This document shows, piece after piece, positions 29,235-39,043 of a stretch of 64,000 bases of DNA. The translations under genes were made by a program, and so were the position numbers. The stretch is from Vulcanimicrobiales bacterium. GTDB lineage: Bacteria > Vulcanimicrobiota > Vulcanimicrobiia > Vulcanimicrobiales > Vulcanimicrobiaceae. The notes under the pieces are model-generated. The model did no database searches, was not told the origin of the DNA, and worked only from the letters and a program-made list of their open reading frames with translations. Where the stretch lies: positions 140,928 through 204,927 of the forward strand of contig JBBRLI010000004.1 of the NCBI GenBank assembly GCA_038231455.1, given 5' to 3'. How positions within the stretch are numbered: the stretch's first letter is position 1; the number at the start of each line of letters is the position of its first letter.

Positions 29235-31958
29235 TTAGAAGCGGACGGCGAAGTTCACGTCTTCACGATTTTGCGTGAAGTTGAACGTCGGCAGGACGTT
29301 GTCCGTGTATTTCTGCTGACGGAAGAACGTCGTGATCGAGCTGTTGGTCTTCGGAATATTGTACGTCGCGCCGATCTGATACTGATCTTTGCGTTCGTCC
29401 ATATTCTGTCCGATGGTGGTGCCGTACGCACCGCGATAGCGCTGCGTATTGTAGTCGAAGTTCAGCGAGACGTCTTTGGTCACCGGCAGTGCTGCCGACG
29501 CCGCGTACGTTACGTGATACATATCGACGTAGTTGGGATAGAACGGGACCTTGCTGCCGCCGGTCGCTCCGAATTGCGAGCGCGGGTCGGGCGGGAGATT
29601 CGCTGCGGCCGCAGCGATCGCGGCGGGGTCGAACGACTGCGTGCCGGGATTGATCGGGTAGTACTGGTAGGCCGTCGTGTCTTTGCGCGAGAGATGCTCG
29701 ACGCCGGCCGTCAGGTTGACCGCGACCTTCTGTGAGAAGACCGGGAGGCTAAAGGACGCGCCGCCTTCGATTTTGTCGAAGTTTTCTTTAGTCGAGCTGT
29801 AGTAGCTCGGGCCATAGACGAGCGGACCGAAGCCGTTTGCGCGCAGCTCGTTGAGATGCTGTGCGTTGAGACGACCCTGAACCGTGAGATCGCCGATCTT
29901 GATCGGCGTGTTGACGGTCAGCGTTTCACCCTGCGTGTTGGGGGCGAAGTTCGAGAAATACTGCGGTCCGGATGCGACGAACGGGTTGAACAGCGGATAG
30001 ATGAACGTGAGGTTCGGGTTACCCGCCGTTTTGACGCCGTTGCCCGCCGTGAACTGCGAATCGAACTGCTGGTTGATACCCAGGTTGTTGCCGAATCCGA
30101 AGAACTGCGGGTAGTACGAGAGACGGTAGAACGTGAAGAGCTGCGGCGCGTTACCGAAGTAACGAATCGGCGCACCCGAGAAGAAGTTCGGTCCGACCGA
30201 CTGGTACTGCAGCGATGCAGTGACTTGGTAGACCTTGAAGCGCAGGCCGAGGACGCCCGCGGTGTCGGTCGTGGCAGCGACGTTGCGGTAATCCGCGCTG
30301 TACTTGCTGCCGGCGATTTCGCCGAAGAGGATCGGATGCGCGCTCTTGTCCGAGAACGTGAACGGCAACGGCGCTTGGAAATCAAGGCCGAAGACCGTGT
30401 CGCTGACGGCGGTGAAGCCGCAGTTACACGCCTGGAACGTGTTGGTCTGGTCGCCTGAGGTGTAGAGCTGGTCGTCATCCCAGAGACGGTTGAACGACAA
30501 GCCGACTTCGGCGCCCGCCAGACCCTTGATCTTGTGGTTGATACGCGCGTTCACGTCGTAGCGCTGGTAGTTCGTATTGTTGTTGTACGTGAGGCCGACA
30601 TACGTGATCGTGACTTGCGAGCCCGCCGGAAGCGGAGCGGCGAAGACGACGGCGTTGAGGTTCTCATTGAACGTGAAGCCCGGAAGTGCGACGGCGCCGC
30701 CGCCGACTTGCTGGCCTTGCGCGTTATACAGCGCACCGTTGTAAGCCGAAATATAGACCGTACCGGTGACGGCTTTGCGATCCAGGAAAACCTGGGTCAG
30801 CGCGCCCGTACCTGAAGTGAAGGTGTTCGAACGAAGCGCACCGGCCGATGACTGCGCCTGACCCGGCTGCAGGTAGCCCGTTTGCGGGCGAACCGTGAAG
30901 AACAGGTAGTTATTCGCGCCGTAAATGCCATTGGGATCCGAAACGCCGGTGTTCGTATTGAGCAACACTTGATCCAGCCGCATGAAGCTGACCTGGAACT
31001 GGGTGAGGCCGTTGATCGTACCGGTGAAGTTGAAGCCCTTGCCGTACGGGTTGACCGGGTTTTCGTAGCCGGGGCCGGTCGAGAGGCCGCCATCGCTTGC
31101 GCGGTAGGCGAGGCCTGTACGCGAGCTCAGGATATTGTCGAGCTGCCCGTCGCGGATCTGGAGGTTGCTGAGATTACCGGCTTTCGCCACGTTGACGACG
31201 ACGTCGGGATAGAAATTCGTGCCGGTCTGCGTGCTAAATTCACCGCCGTAGCCGTAGCCCAGGATGTGAATCGGAAGCGAAATCGTCAGGTTCTCGTTGA
31301 TTGCGTACGAGAACGTAAACTTGTCGTCCAGGCGGATGAGCGTTCCCGGGCCAGCCTGCTCCAGCGGACTGTTGCTGGAGGGTGAGGTGAGGAACGCGTT
31401 GACGAACGGATCGACGCCGCCGGTGCGACCGTTAGCTGCGGCACCGCCGTAATACAAGGTCTGCGTTGCGCCGGTCGTGTTCACGATCGACTTTGCCGGA
31501 GTAACGCGCTGACGCGATGTGTTGTTCGGCAGAATCGTGCCGTGGAACTGAACGGACTGCGCGAACTTCGTGCGCTTGTCCAGCGCGTCGAGGGCGTCCT
31601 CAACGTTGGTCACGCGAACGCCCAGCGAATCGAGCTCATCTTTGAAAGCATCGATCAGCTTCTGCAGCTTGTCGAGGTCCGCTTTCGAAGGGGTCTGCGA
31701 GACGTTGAGATTCACGCGTTGGATGATGCGGCTGATGATGACCGCGATCTCGTAACGCGTAAGCGGGCGATCGCCTTTGAAAGTGCCGTCGGGATAGCCT
31801 TCGATGAATCCGTCCGCCGCGAGCGACTGAATGGCCTGATAGGCCCAGTGCGTCGAGGGGACGTCTACGAACGGCGTAGCGGCGGCGCCCTGGCCCATGG
31901 CGATGACCGAGCCTAGGCTCAGGCCGGCCATGAGGACCAGGGTTGCGAGACGCTTCAT
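29235..31958 (-). CDS. SLH-domain outer-membrane protein (OmpM-like peptidoglycan tether/porin)
   Basis: Signal peptide, FVDVPSTHWAY...GYPDGTF...TRYE SLH, coiled stalk (FKDELDSLGVRV), beta-rich body, terminal Phe. Confidence 0.9.
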   Translation of the reverse strand: MKRLATLVLMAGLSLGSVIAMGQGAAATPFVDVPSTHWAYQAIQSLAADGFIEGYPDGTFKGDRPLTRYEIAVIISRIIQRVNLNVSQTPSKADLDKLQKLIDAFKDELDSLGVRVTNVEDALDALDKRTKFAQSVQFHGTILPNNTSRQRVTPAKSIVNTTGATQTLYYGGAAANGRTGGVDPFVNAFLTSPSSNSPLEQAGPGTLIRLDDKFTFSYAINENLTISLPIHILGYGYGGEFSTQTGTNFYPDVVVNVAKAGNLSNLQIRDGQLDNILSSRTGLAYRASDGGLSTGPGYENPVNPYGKGFNFTGTINGLTQFQVSFMRLDQVLLNTNTGVSDPNGIYGANNYLFFTVRPQTGYLQPGQAQSSAGALRSNTFTSGTGALTQVFLDRKAVTGTVYISAYNGALYNAQGQQVGGGAVALPGFTFNENLNAVVFAAPLPAGSQVTITYVGLTYNNNTNYQRYDVNARINHKIKGLAGAEVGLSFNRLWDDDQLYTSGDQTNTFQACNCGFTAVSDTVFGLDFQAPLPFTFSDKSAHPILFGEIAGSKYSADYRNVAATTDTAGVLGLRFKVYQVTASLQYQSVGPNFFSGAPIRYFGNAPQLFTFYRLSYYPQFFGFGNNLGINQQFDSQFTAGNGVKTAGNPNLTFIYPLFNPFVASGPQYFSNFAPNTQGETLTVNTPIKIGDLTVQGRLNAQHLNELRANGFGPLVYGPSYYSSTKENFDKIEGGASFSLPVFSQKVAVNLTAGVEHLSRKDTTAYQYYPINPGTQSFDPAAIAAAAANLPPDPRSQFGATGGSKVPFYPNYVDMYHVTYAASAALPVTKDVSLNFDYNTQRYRGAYGTTIGQNMDERKDQYQIGATYNIPKTNSSITTFFRQQKYTDNVLPTFNFTQNREDVNFAVRF

Positions 31959-32182
31959 ATGTCCTCCAGAAAAGTAGGGCTGCCTCGACCGAACACGTGG
32001 TTGCCGCCACCGGATTGCTTGCGGAGTTTCTTAATTTACCTTCGCAAAACACGAGCCGATTCGCTGTGGCTCGCAAGAGCCGCAGACACGGAAACGACGC
32101 CCTCGTTGGAGCGCATGCCGAGGCCACAAATACGCCTGCGAATGGGGGACTCCTCCCCAAGGTAAGCGGCTTTGACGATCCC

Positions 32183-32614
32183 TTACCGCGACTTGGAAAA
32201 GTCGCCCAGCGGGCCATCGTCTTTCTTTATATAGCGCTCGGCGATGAGGAGTGCGGCGTAGTCGTCGATCGGGCGGTCCGGGAGGAGCATTCCGCGGGGG
32301 ATCAGGCGCCGCCAGCCGCGCGGGGGGTGGTCAACGAAGAACCGGGCGCGGGCCCGCAAGGTCGTCTCGCGCTCGTCGACCAGCGTATACGGTAAGGCGA
32401 CCCGATCGAGCGCTGCCCCGACGAAGGCAGCGTTTGTGCCGCGGCCCAGCGCCACGGTTTCAATCGCATAACCACCGGCGAGGCGAGCAAGCTCGCGGTC
32501 GAGATCGTCGATGAGAATGATGCCGATCGCGATCGGCGGCTCGCCGCAGGCGCGAACGACCGCATAGCCGCACTTGCGCGTCCCGGGATCGATTCCCAGC
32601 GTCAACCCCGCCAC
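32183..32614 (-). CDS. YqgF/RuvX-like RNase H-fold nuclease
   Basis: LGIDPGTRKCG, LVDERETT, IDDYAA. Confidence 0.8.
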   Translation of the reverse strand: MAGLTLGIDPGTRKCGYAVVRACGEPPIAIGIILIDDLDRELARLAGGYAIETVALGRGTNAAFVGAALDRVALPYTLVDERETTLRARARFFVDHPPRGWRRLIPRGMLLPDRPIDDYAALLIAERYIKKDDGPLGDFSKSR

Positions 32615-33549
32615 TAGCGCGCTCCGCTTATTCCGAAGTCGAGCCGGAGCGAGGTCGTGTGCGGATAGACATCGTCGACGGCTTTGGCGACCACCCGGTA
32701 CTTGCCGCGCGCGTGGCTGAGCTGCTGGAGGAGGGCCGTGAGCTGGGTCTGGTTGATGAGCGGCAGTTCCAAAAAGACCGCCGGGACACCGCGCACGGCC
32801 ATGACTTGCCGGGCCGCGGCAACCAAGTCCGCGTAGTTGAACGGCGTCCCGCCCGCGACATCGGTCGATGCGAGCACCTCGCCAGCGCGCGCGAGCCGCT
32901 TGTCGGCGTAGGCTTCGAACGAGAAACTCAGCTGGTCGCCGCGGAAGATATTGCGGTCGGCCACCGGCAAGAGCAGAACGGGATCCACGCGGTCATTATC
33001 GGCGACGTCCGCGAGTTGCTGAACGAGCAGCTTACGCACTTCGGGGTCGGTCGATTTCTTTTTGTTTGGAATGAGCGCGTACGGCGGCTTTGCAAAGCGG
33101 GCATTCGCCGCGCGAACCGTTTCATCGAAGAAGTCGGAGAACGTCTTGAGCTGCACGTCGACGGGTTGGTCTTTATTGAAGACGACGAAATTGACATAGA
33201 TCGGCGAAAACTTCGAGAGGACGATGCCCCGGTTGCGCGTCGTGTCGAGCTCGCGCTCTTGTGCGGCGGCTTGCGCCTGCAGCGCATGGATGCGCGCGTT
33301 GATCTCGCCCAGGCGAAAGAACGCCGTTCGAACGGATTCGGAGGCGATGAGGGCGGCGACCGTGACGGAGAGCGCGATGAGCATCCCCGTTCCGACGGCG
33401 ACGATCGTCGATGTGTACTTCGGCCGAAGTCCGAAGAGCGTCAGTCGACGGCGGCCGACTTGATGGCCGACGCGATCGCCGACGTAGGCAACGACGCCCG
33501 CGACGATCACGATAAAGAGCGCGATGAGGATACCGGGCAAAAATGTCAT
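32614..33549 (-). CDS. DUF3084 domain protein
   Basis: AYVGDRVGHQVGRRRLTLFGLRPKYT signature. Confidence 0.85.
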   Translation of the reverse strand: MTFLPGILIALFIVIVAGVVAYVGDRVGHQVGRRRLTLFGLRPKYTSTIVAVGTGMLIALSVTVAALIASESVRTAFFRLGEINARIHALQAQAAAQERELDTTRNRGIVLSKFSPIYVNFVVFNKDQPVDVQLKTFSDFFDETVRAANARFAKPPYALIPNKKKSTDPEVRKLLVQQLADVADNDRVDPVLLLPVADRNIFRGDQLSFSFEAYADKRLARAGEVLASTDVAGGTPFNYADLVAAARQVMAVRGVPAVFLELPLINQTQLTALLQQLSHARGKYRVVAKAVDDVYPHTTSLRLDFGISGAR

Positions 33550-34664
33550 GCGCCCGATGCCCGTCGCAGCAGCCAGAGGCCGATGCCGGTAAAGAGAACG
33601 TTCGGCGTCCAAGCCGCGATAAATGCCGCCGGACCGCCAAGCTCGCCAATCGACGCAAAGATGGTGACGATCACGTAGTACACAAAGACGATTGCGACGG
33701 CAAGGCCAAATCCCAGCGACGCCCCGCCGCCGCGAGTGGGCCGCAGGCCGAAGGGAACGGCGATGAGCGCAAAGACGAATGCGGCGAAGGGCCGGGCGGC
33801 TTTTGCTTCATAGGTGGCCCGAAACTGATTCTCTTGAAGCGGCGTGAGCTGACTTTGGTCGAGCTGCTGCTTGATCTGCGCACGGGACATCTCTTCGGGA
33901 TTCGAGAGCGTCGCCCGCTTCGCAATCTCGCTCGGCGGCTCGCCAATATCAACGCGCAATTTGGGATCGGTGCTCGTGGCCGAGAGCGAACCGTCCGGCG
34001 CAATATGGTAGATCGTCGCATCGACGAACGACCACGTCGGCGCAACGTAATTCGCTTTGTCGCTGAAGATGATCTCTGAGGGGCGCTGGTCGCGATCGTA
34101 TTGGATGATCGTCACGTGCTGCAAGGTTTGCGTGGTCGGATCGAGCGCGGCGGCGTTGGTCAGTTGACGACCGCCGCCGGGGAGCGGGATTGCGATATTG
34201 AGGTTGCTCGTAATCGGTGAGAGCTTCTTGATCACCGCTTCGCGCACATAAGCCGCCCGGTCGGTCGCAAGCGGCACGACTTGCTCTTGTAATACAAGCA
34301 CGATCACCGAGGTGAAGAACCCAACGACGAGCAGCGGGGTCACGATACGAATGAGGCTAATGCCACCCGCTTTCATCGCCGTGATCTCGCTCTCGCCCGA
34401 GAGACGTCCGAGCGAGAGTAAGACGCCAAGGAGCATCGCCATCGGAATGACGTAGAGCAAATACTGCGGCATGAGCAGCAAGAAGTATTGCATCGCCGCC
34501 CACAGCGGCGCGTGTTCGTCCGAGACAAGTTTGCCGAGCGCTATTAGATTGGTCGCGGTGAAGATCAGCGTAAACGCCGAAAACCCAAACGCGAACGGAC
34601 CGCCGAGTTCGCTAACCATATAGCGGTCCATAATCGTGATGCGCCGCTGCGCGCTTACCGCCAA
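33546..34664 (-). CDS. LptF/LptG family LPS export permease
   Basis: MDRYM, LGRLSGESEITAMKAGGIS, AAWTPN; start approximate. Confidence 0.92.
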   Translation of the reverse strand: MAVSAQRRITIMDRYMVSELGGPFAFGFSAFTLIFTATNLIALGKLVSDEHAPLWAAMQYFLLLMPQYLLYVIPMAMLLGVLLSLGRLSGESEITAMKAGGISLIRIVTPLLVVGFFTSVIVLVLQEQVVPLATDRAAYVREAVIKKLSPITSNLNIAIPLPGGGRQLTNAAALDPTTQTLQHVTIIQYDRDQRPSEIIFSDKANYVAPTWSFVDATIYHIAPDGSLSATSTDPKLRVDIGEPPSEIAKRATLSNPEEMSRAQIKQQLDQSQLTPLQENQFRATYEAKAARPFAAFVFALIAVPFGLRPTRGGGASLGFGLAVAIVFVYYVIVTIFASIGELGGPAAFIAAWTPNVLFTGIGLWLLRRASGA

Positions 34665-34686
34665 GGTGAGGCCTTGCGCGGAGCGA

Positions 34687-35430
34687 TCATAACCGGAAAC
34701 CTTCGCCAAGATAGAACTTGCGCGCGAGTTCGGAATTGAGCACGTCATCGGCGCTGCCGGAGACTTCGATCCGGCCGTTGTTGAGAATGTAGGCCCGATC
34801 GACGATCGCGAGCGTCTCGCGCACTTGGTGGTCGGTGATCAAGACGCCGAGGCCCTTATCGCGCAACTGCCGGATCATCGCCTGAATGTCGGCAACGGCA
34901 ATCGGATCGATGCCGGTAAACGGTTCGTCGAGCAAGAGAAACGCGGGTTCCGTCGCGATCGCGCGTGCAATTTCGACGCGGCGGCGCTCGCCGCCCGAGA
35001 GCGAATCGCCTCGCGCATCGATAAAGCGCGCGAGTCCGAATTCATCGAGCAATGCGGGCAACCGTTCTTCTTGCTCTTCACGCGAGACGCCGTTCATCTC
35101 CCAGATCAACCGGATGTTGTCGCCGACAGAGAGTTTGCGGAAGATCGAATTCTCTTGCGCGAGATACCCGATACCGGCCCGCGCACGCATGTGCATCGGC
35201 GCGCCGGTCAAATCGAAATCGCCGCCCGCACGTTCGAGCACGACGCGTCCGTCATCCGGCTTCACCAAGCCAACGACCATGTAGAACGTCGTCGTTTTCC
35301 CCGCGCCGTTGGGACCGAGCAAGCCGACGACTTCGCCGCGACGCACGTCCGCACTCACGCCGTCCACGACCGCGCGTTTGCCGTAGCTCTTCTTGAGCGA
35401 CGTGATGACGATGCGTTGCTCGTCGATCAT
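34687..35430 (-). CDS. lptB: LPS export ABC ATPase LptB
   Basis: GPNGAGKTTTFYM, LSGGERRRVEIAR, DEPFTGIDP, YLGEGF. Confidence 0.96.
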   Translation of the reverse strand: MIDEQRIVITSLKKSYGKRAVVDGVSADVRRGEVVGLLGPNGAGKTTTFYMVVGLVKPDDGRVVLERAGGDFDLTGAPMHMRARAGIGYLAQENSIFRKLSVGDNIRLIWEMNGVSREEQEERLPALLDEFGLARFIDARGDSLSGGERRRVEIARAIATEPAFLLLDEPFTGIDPIAVADIQAMIRQLRDKGLGVLITDHQVRETLAIVDRAYILNNGRIEVSGSADDVLNSELARKFYLGEGFRL

Positions 35431-35969
35431 CGCGCAATCGTCCGGATGTGCGCGTCTTCCAAGCGAACGTTCCCGTCGATCACGTCGCCCGTGATGCGAT
35501 CGCCGCCCGGACTCGTCACGACGACATGGCCCTCGCCGTGGAGGTGTTCGTTGTCGCTCGTGTAGCGGAGTCGGTCGCAGGTCATGAGGGCGCCCGCCTG
35601 CGTGCGCGTTACTACTCCACCAGTCATCACGAGGGTTTTACTGCTTTCATCCACGGTCGCCTTTGGCGCATCGGAGGTCATCGTGCGCCCGCTCGCGTCG
35701 TAAAACTCCACGTGCGGCTGCGTAAAGACACCGGTACTATGGCCCGCGCCGTCGCGCGCGCCCGTGTACGAGGGCGCCGTGAGGTAGTAGGCCTTGCGTT
35801 TCCCATGCATACCGGTGATCGTGGGCTGCTTGCCCTCGCCTCCCGCGGCACTGACGCGAATCGGTTCGACGGTCGGCGACCCAAGGGGTCTGGGACTTGT
35901 GCTCGGGGCTGGGGCATGGGGCCGAGCGCAGCCCGCAAGCAGCACGAGCACGACGAGCCTACGCCACAC
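35427..35969 (-). CDS. lptC: LptC/LptA-like beta-jellyroll lipoprotein
   Basis: LAGC lipobox, LHGEGHVVV beta pattern, overlaps lptB. Confidence 0.7.
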   Translation of the reverse strand: MWRRLVVLVLLAGCARPHAPAPSTSPRPLGSPTVEPIRVSAAGGEGKQPTITGMHGKRKAYYLTAPSYTGARDGAGHSTGVFTQPHVEFYDASGRTMTSDAPKATVDESSKTLVMTGGVVTRTQAGALMTCDRLRYTSDNEHLHGEGHVVVTSPGGDRITGDVIDGNVRLEDAHIRTIAR

Positions 35970-37170
35970 GTTCGGCGAGTCCAACGCGCAGCGCCGCGAT
36001 CGCAAGCGCCGAAAACAGAAACCAGATCATAAACGTTATACTCACCGAATTGAGCAGCGTGTGCAGCGTCGCCGCGCCGATTCCGCAGGTGATCCCGTAC
36101 GCAAGGATCCGGTTTGGCCTGGGCGCGCCGGCGCCGATCGCGCGATAGAGCCGCACGAAGGCAACGCCCCCGTACACGAGGGCCGCCACACCCAGAATCC
36201 CCGTTTCATCGAGGATCGAAAGCAACATGTTGTGCGGGTCGTACCCAACGGGCGTGGTCACCGGCGGCCCATCCGGCGGCCGAAAAACATCGTATGTCCG
36301 GTGGTAGGCAAGCGGCCCCATCCCGCTCAGTGGAAACCGCAGGAACGTCGTCGCGCCGGTCGCCCAGGCGGCCGTCCGTGCAAACGTATCTTGCGGGTTG
36401 TGGTGCCCAGCGCCGACGCCAAGTTCCAACGCAGCGGCAACGGCAGCGACGACGGCACCGCCGATGACGACGCGGCGACTCGCGAACCGTGCGAGGAAAA
36501 ACGCCGCTCCGATTCCGCCGGCGATCAATCCGCTTCTCGAGAACGTGAACGCAAGTGTCACCGCGCAGAGCAGCAGTGCCGTTCCCGCGAGGATCCGCAT
36601 CCCGCGCTCGCGCGTCGCGCCCAAGACACCCGCCGCGGTCCCGGCGATAACGAGTGTGCCCGCGGCGAGTTCGTTGGGATTGAGAAACGTTCCGACCGCG
36701 CGGCCATTGTTGACGACGGCAAGGGCGACGGGCCATTTGAGTGCCGCAAGAACGAGCGCGAGTGCGAACGCGACGATCGAGGTGGCGAAGAGCCAGCGAT
36801 AGATCGTCTGCGGCGCGCCGGCTTCGCCGTAATAGCGTTCGAGACCGTAATGCGAGATCGCATACGAGAGCAGCGCAAGCGAAAAGACGACGCCCGTGAT
36901 TGGCTCGAAGCCGAGCGCCCCGCCAAGGAGCGTCACGATAAAATTCGCGGCGACGGGCCAGAAGAGCGGTCCGAGCGGCTGAAGTCGGCGCGTAACGCCG
37001 ATGCCGACAACGACCGTGAGTGCGAGAATACTGATAAGGATCGCAAGCGTTGGCGCGTACGGGACGAGCGGCGCAACGGGCGGACGTGATTGGTCGAGCA
37101 CCGCGAACATCCCGTACGCCGGCATCGTGCAATACAAGAGCGCGAGCGCCAAGACGACAATCCGGTTCAC
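35959..37170 (-). CDS. O-antigen ligase family protein
   Basis: RAVGTFLNPNEL, TFSRSG, PLSGMG, PHNMLL...ETG. Confidence 0.85.
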   Translation of the reverse strand: MNRIVVLALALLYCTMPAYGMFAVLDQSRPPVAPLVPYAPTLAILISILALTVVVGIGVTRRLQPLGPLFWPVAANFIVTLLGGALGFEPITGVVFSLALLSYAISHYGLERYYGEAGAPQTIYRWLFATSIVAFALALVLAALKWPVALAVVNNGRAVGTFLNPNELAAGTLVIAGTAAGVLGATRERGMRILAGTALLLCAVTLAFTFSRSGLIAGGIGAAFFLARFASRRVVIGGAVVAAVAAALELGVGAGHHNPQDTFARTAAWATGATTFLRFPLSGMGPLAYHRTYDVFRPPDGPPVTTPVGYDPHNMLLSILDETGILGVAALVYGGVAFVRLYRAIGAGAPRPNRILAYGITCGIGAATLHTLLNSVSITFMIWFLFSALAIAALRVGLAERVA

Positions 37171-38303
37171 GCGGCGTGCTCCGCGATTCGCACGATCTCT
37201 TCGGCGATCCGCGCCGCGCCGCCGCTCCCACCCATGCGCTTGCGACCGATCGCGCCCATGCGCTCGCGACGCCCGGCATCATCGAGCAGGGCGACGATCG
37301 CGCGCGCGGCGCCATCGACATCACCGGGAACGATCGTCAGCGCCTCGCCGAGTAATTTTGCTTGCCGCATGCGATACCAACCGGCTGCGCGCGAGGTGCT
37401 CGGGGTTTCGAGCGCTACGACCGGGAGCCCGCAGCCCGCCGCCGCTTCGTTTGCCGTTCCGGCCTGACCGATTGCAACCGTTGCAGTTGCGAGCAGCGTC
37501 CCCAGTCCGTCGCGCACGCCCCGCAGCATCAGCGGTTCGGTTGCGCGAAAGGGCGTGGAGCTCGACTCCTCGCGCAAGCTCCAACCGTCTGCGCGCAAGG
37601 CCTCGATGAATCGCCCGGCGTCGAGACCCGGCGCAAGCGACATCGCTGCCTCCACGTCGGCATGTAATTCTCCAACACGGCGGGCGACCGCGGCCAGAAG
37701 TACCGCATCGCCGTAGGCGGGCTCGCGCGAGCCCGGCAAAAGCGCAAGACGCAGTGATTTTGTCCAAACGAGCGAGGCTGCATCATCGTGTAGCAGGTCG
37801 ACGATGACGTTGCCCGGTGCTCGTGCTTCTACGCCGTGCGCGCATAAATCGACCGCCGTCGCTTCGTCACGCACGAAGACGGCGCGCGCCCGACGCAGCA
37901 CCCGCCGTTCGAGCGAACCGTACGGAACGACGTGCACGCTCTTCGCCGTCCCGACGTAGACGATCGGCAACCCGGCAAACGTCGCGAGCAACAGCGCGTA
38001 CACATCACCAACGGCAACGACGCAATCGTACGCCGAGTGGGCAGCCCGCAAGAACGCGATCTGGCCGCCGAGCAACGACAAAAATCCGGCGCGCAAGTCG
38101 CGCGAAAAAGCGGCGAGATTGCCCATCGCTACCAGGCCGCCGCTGGGCATTGCGCGCTGCGGACCGACGTCGACGAACGACGCATCGCCAAAGCCCGCAC
38201 CGACAAGCGCGAGGTGGTGCGTCTGGGCGCGCGGGAGTTCGCGCGCGATTCGCGCCGCGATCGCCGCTTCACCGTGGCCGTTCGTCACGAAGAGGATGCG
38301 CAC
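37167..38303 (-). CDS. LpxB-related GT-B glycosyltransferase (lipid-A-disaccharide synthase-related)
   Basis: TNGHGE, MPSGG, VGD, LLPGSR, AGTANE motifs. Confidence 0.75.
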   Translation of the reverse strand: MRILFVTNGHGEAAIAARIARELPRAQTHHLALVGAGFGDASFVDVGPQRAMPSGGLVAMGNLAAFSRDLRAGFLSLLGGQIAFLRAAHSAYDCVVAVGDVYALLLATFAGLPIVYVGTAKSVHVVPYGSLERRVLRRARAVFVRDEATAVDLCAHGVEARAPGNVIVDLLHDDAASLVWTKSLRLALLPGSREPAYGDAVLLAAVARRVGELHADVEAAMSLAPGLDAGRFIEALRADGWSLREESSSTPFRATEPLMLRGVRDGLGTLLATATVAIGQAGTANEAAAGCGLPVVALETPSTSRAAGWYRMRQAKLLGEALTIVPGDVDGAARAIVALLDDAGRRERMGAIGRKRMGGSGGAARIAEEIVRIAEHAA

Positions 38304-39043
38304 TATGCGTGAACCGCATCGAGTAGCGGCACAAGATCGAAGCGCGTGATACGCGCACGCTCCGGGGTCAGCGTAAGCTCGGTGCGCGAGACAAATCGGC
38401 CGTACGGTCCCGCGTGCACGATCGGGACCTCACCGACATACTCCGGTTGCGGCAGCGTGTCATGACTGTGTCCGCCGAGAAGTAAATCGATGCGCGGGAC
38501 GCGGCGCGCGAGCTCGCGGTCGGCACGAAGTCCAAGATGCGAGAGCGCGACGAGCGTGACGTCCGCGGGCGTCGATGCAGCGATGTGTTCGGCGACGACG
38601 AACGGATCGAGAAACCGCCAACCGAAGATCTTCTCCCAAAAACTGCCGACCGGATATTGCGGCACCAGCAAGCCGAAAAAGCGCACGTCCCGCGAGCGGA
38701 TACCATCATCGTACCGCAGCGTCTTTTCGGCCACGAACGGCAGCGTGCGGCCTTTGGTATCGACGAGATTCGCACACAAGAGCGGATGCTGCATCAAACG
38801 AACGCGCGCTTCAACGGCACCAAAGAGGTAGTGGAATTCGCGATTTCCCATCGCTTGCAGATCGTAGCCCGCCGCATCGATCTCCGTGACGATGGGTTCG
38901 CGGCGGTGAAAGACGGTTTGCGAACCGCGCAGTGAGTCGCCGCAATCGACGAGTAGGCCGGGCTCTGCTGCTCGCAGGGCGTGCAACTTCGCTGCGATCT
39001 GGCCGTTGTCGTGCAGGTCGGAGGTATGATAGATCCGGATCAT
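38303..39043 (-). CDS. Calcineurin-like metallophosphoesterase, cytoplasmic
   Basis: TSDLH, DCGD, GNRE, SHLG, GGHSH; no signal peptide. Confidence 0.85.
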   Translation of the reverse strand: MIRIYHTSDLHDNGQIAAKLHALRAAEPGLLVDCGDSLRGSQTVFHRREPIVTEIDAAGYDLQAMGNREFHYLFGAVEARVRLMQHPLLCANLVDTKGRTLPFVAEKTLRYDDGIRSRDVRFFGLLVPQYPVGSFWEKIFGWRFLDPFVVAEHIAASTPADVTLVALSHLGLRADRELARRVPRIDLLLGGHSHDTLPQPEYVGEVPIVHAGPYGRFVSRTELTLTPERARITRFDLVPLLDAVHA

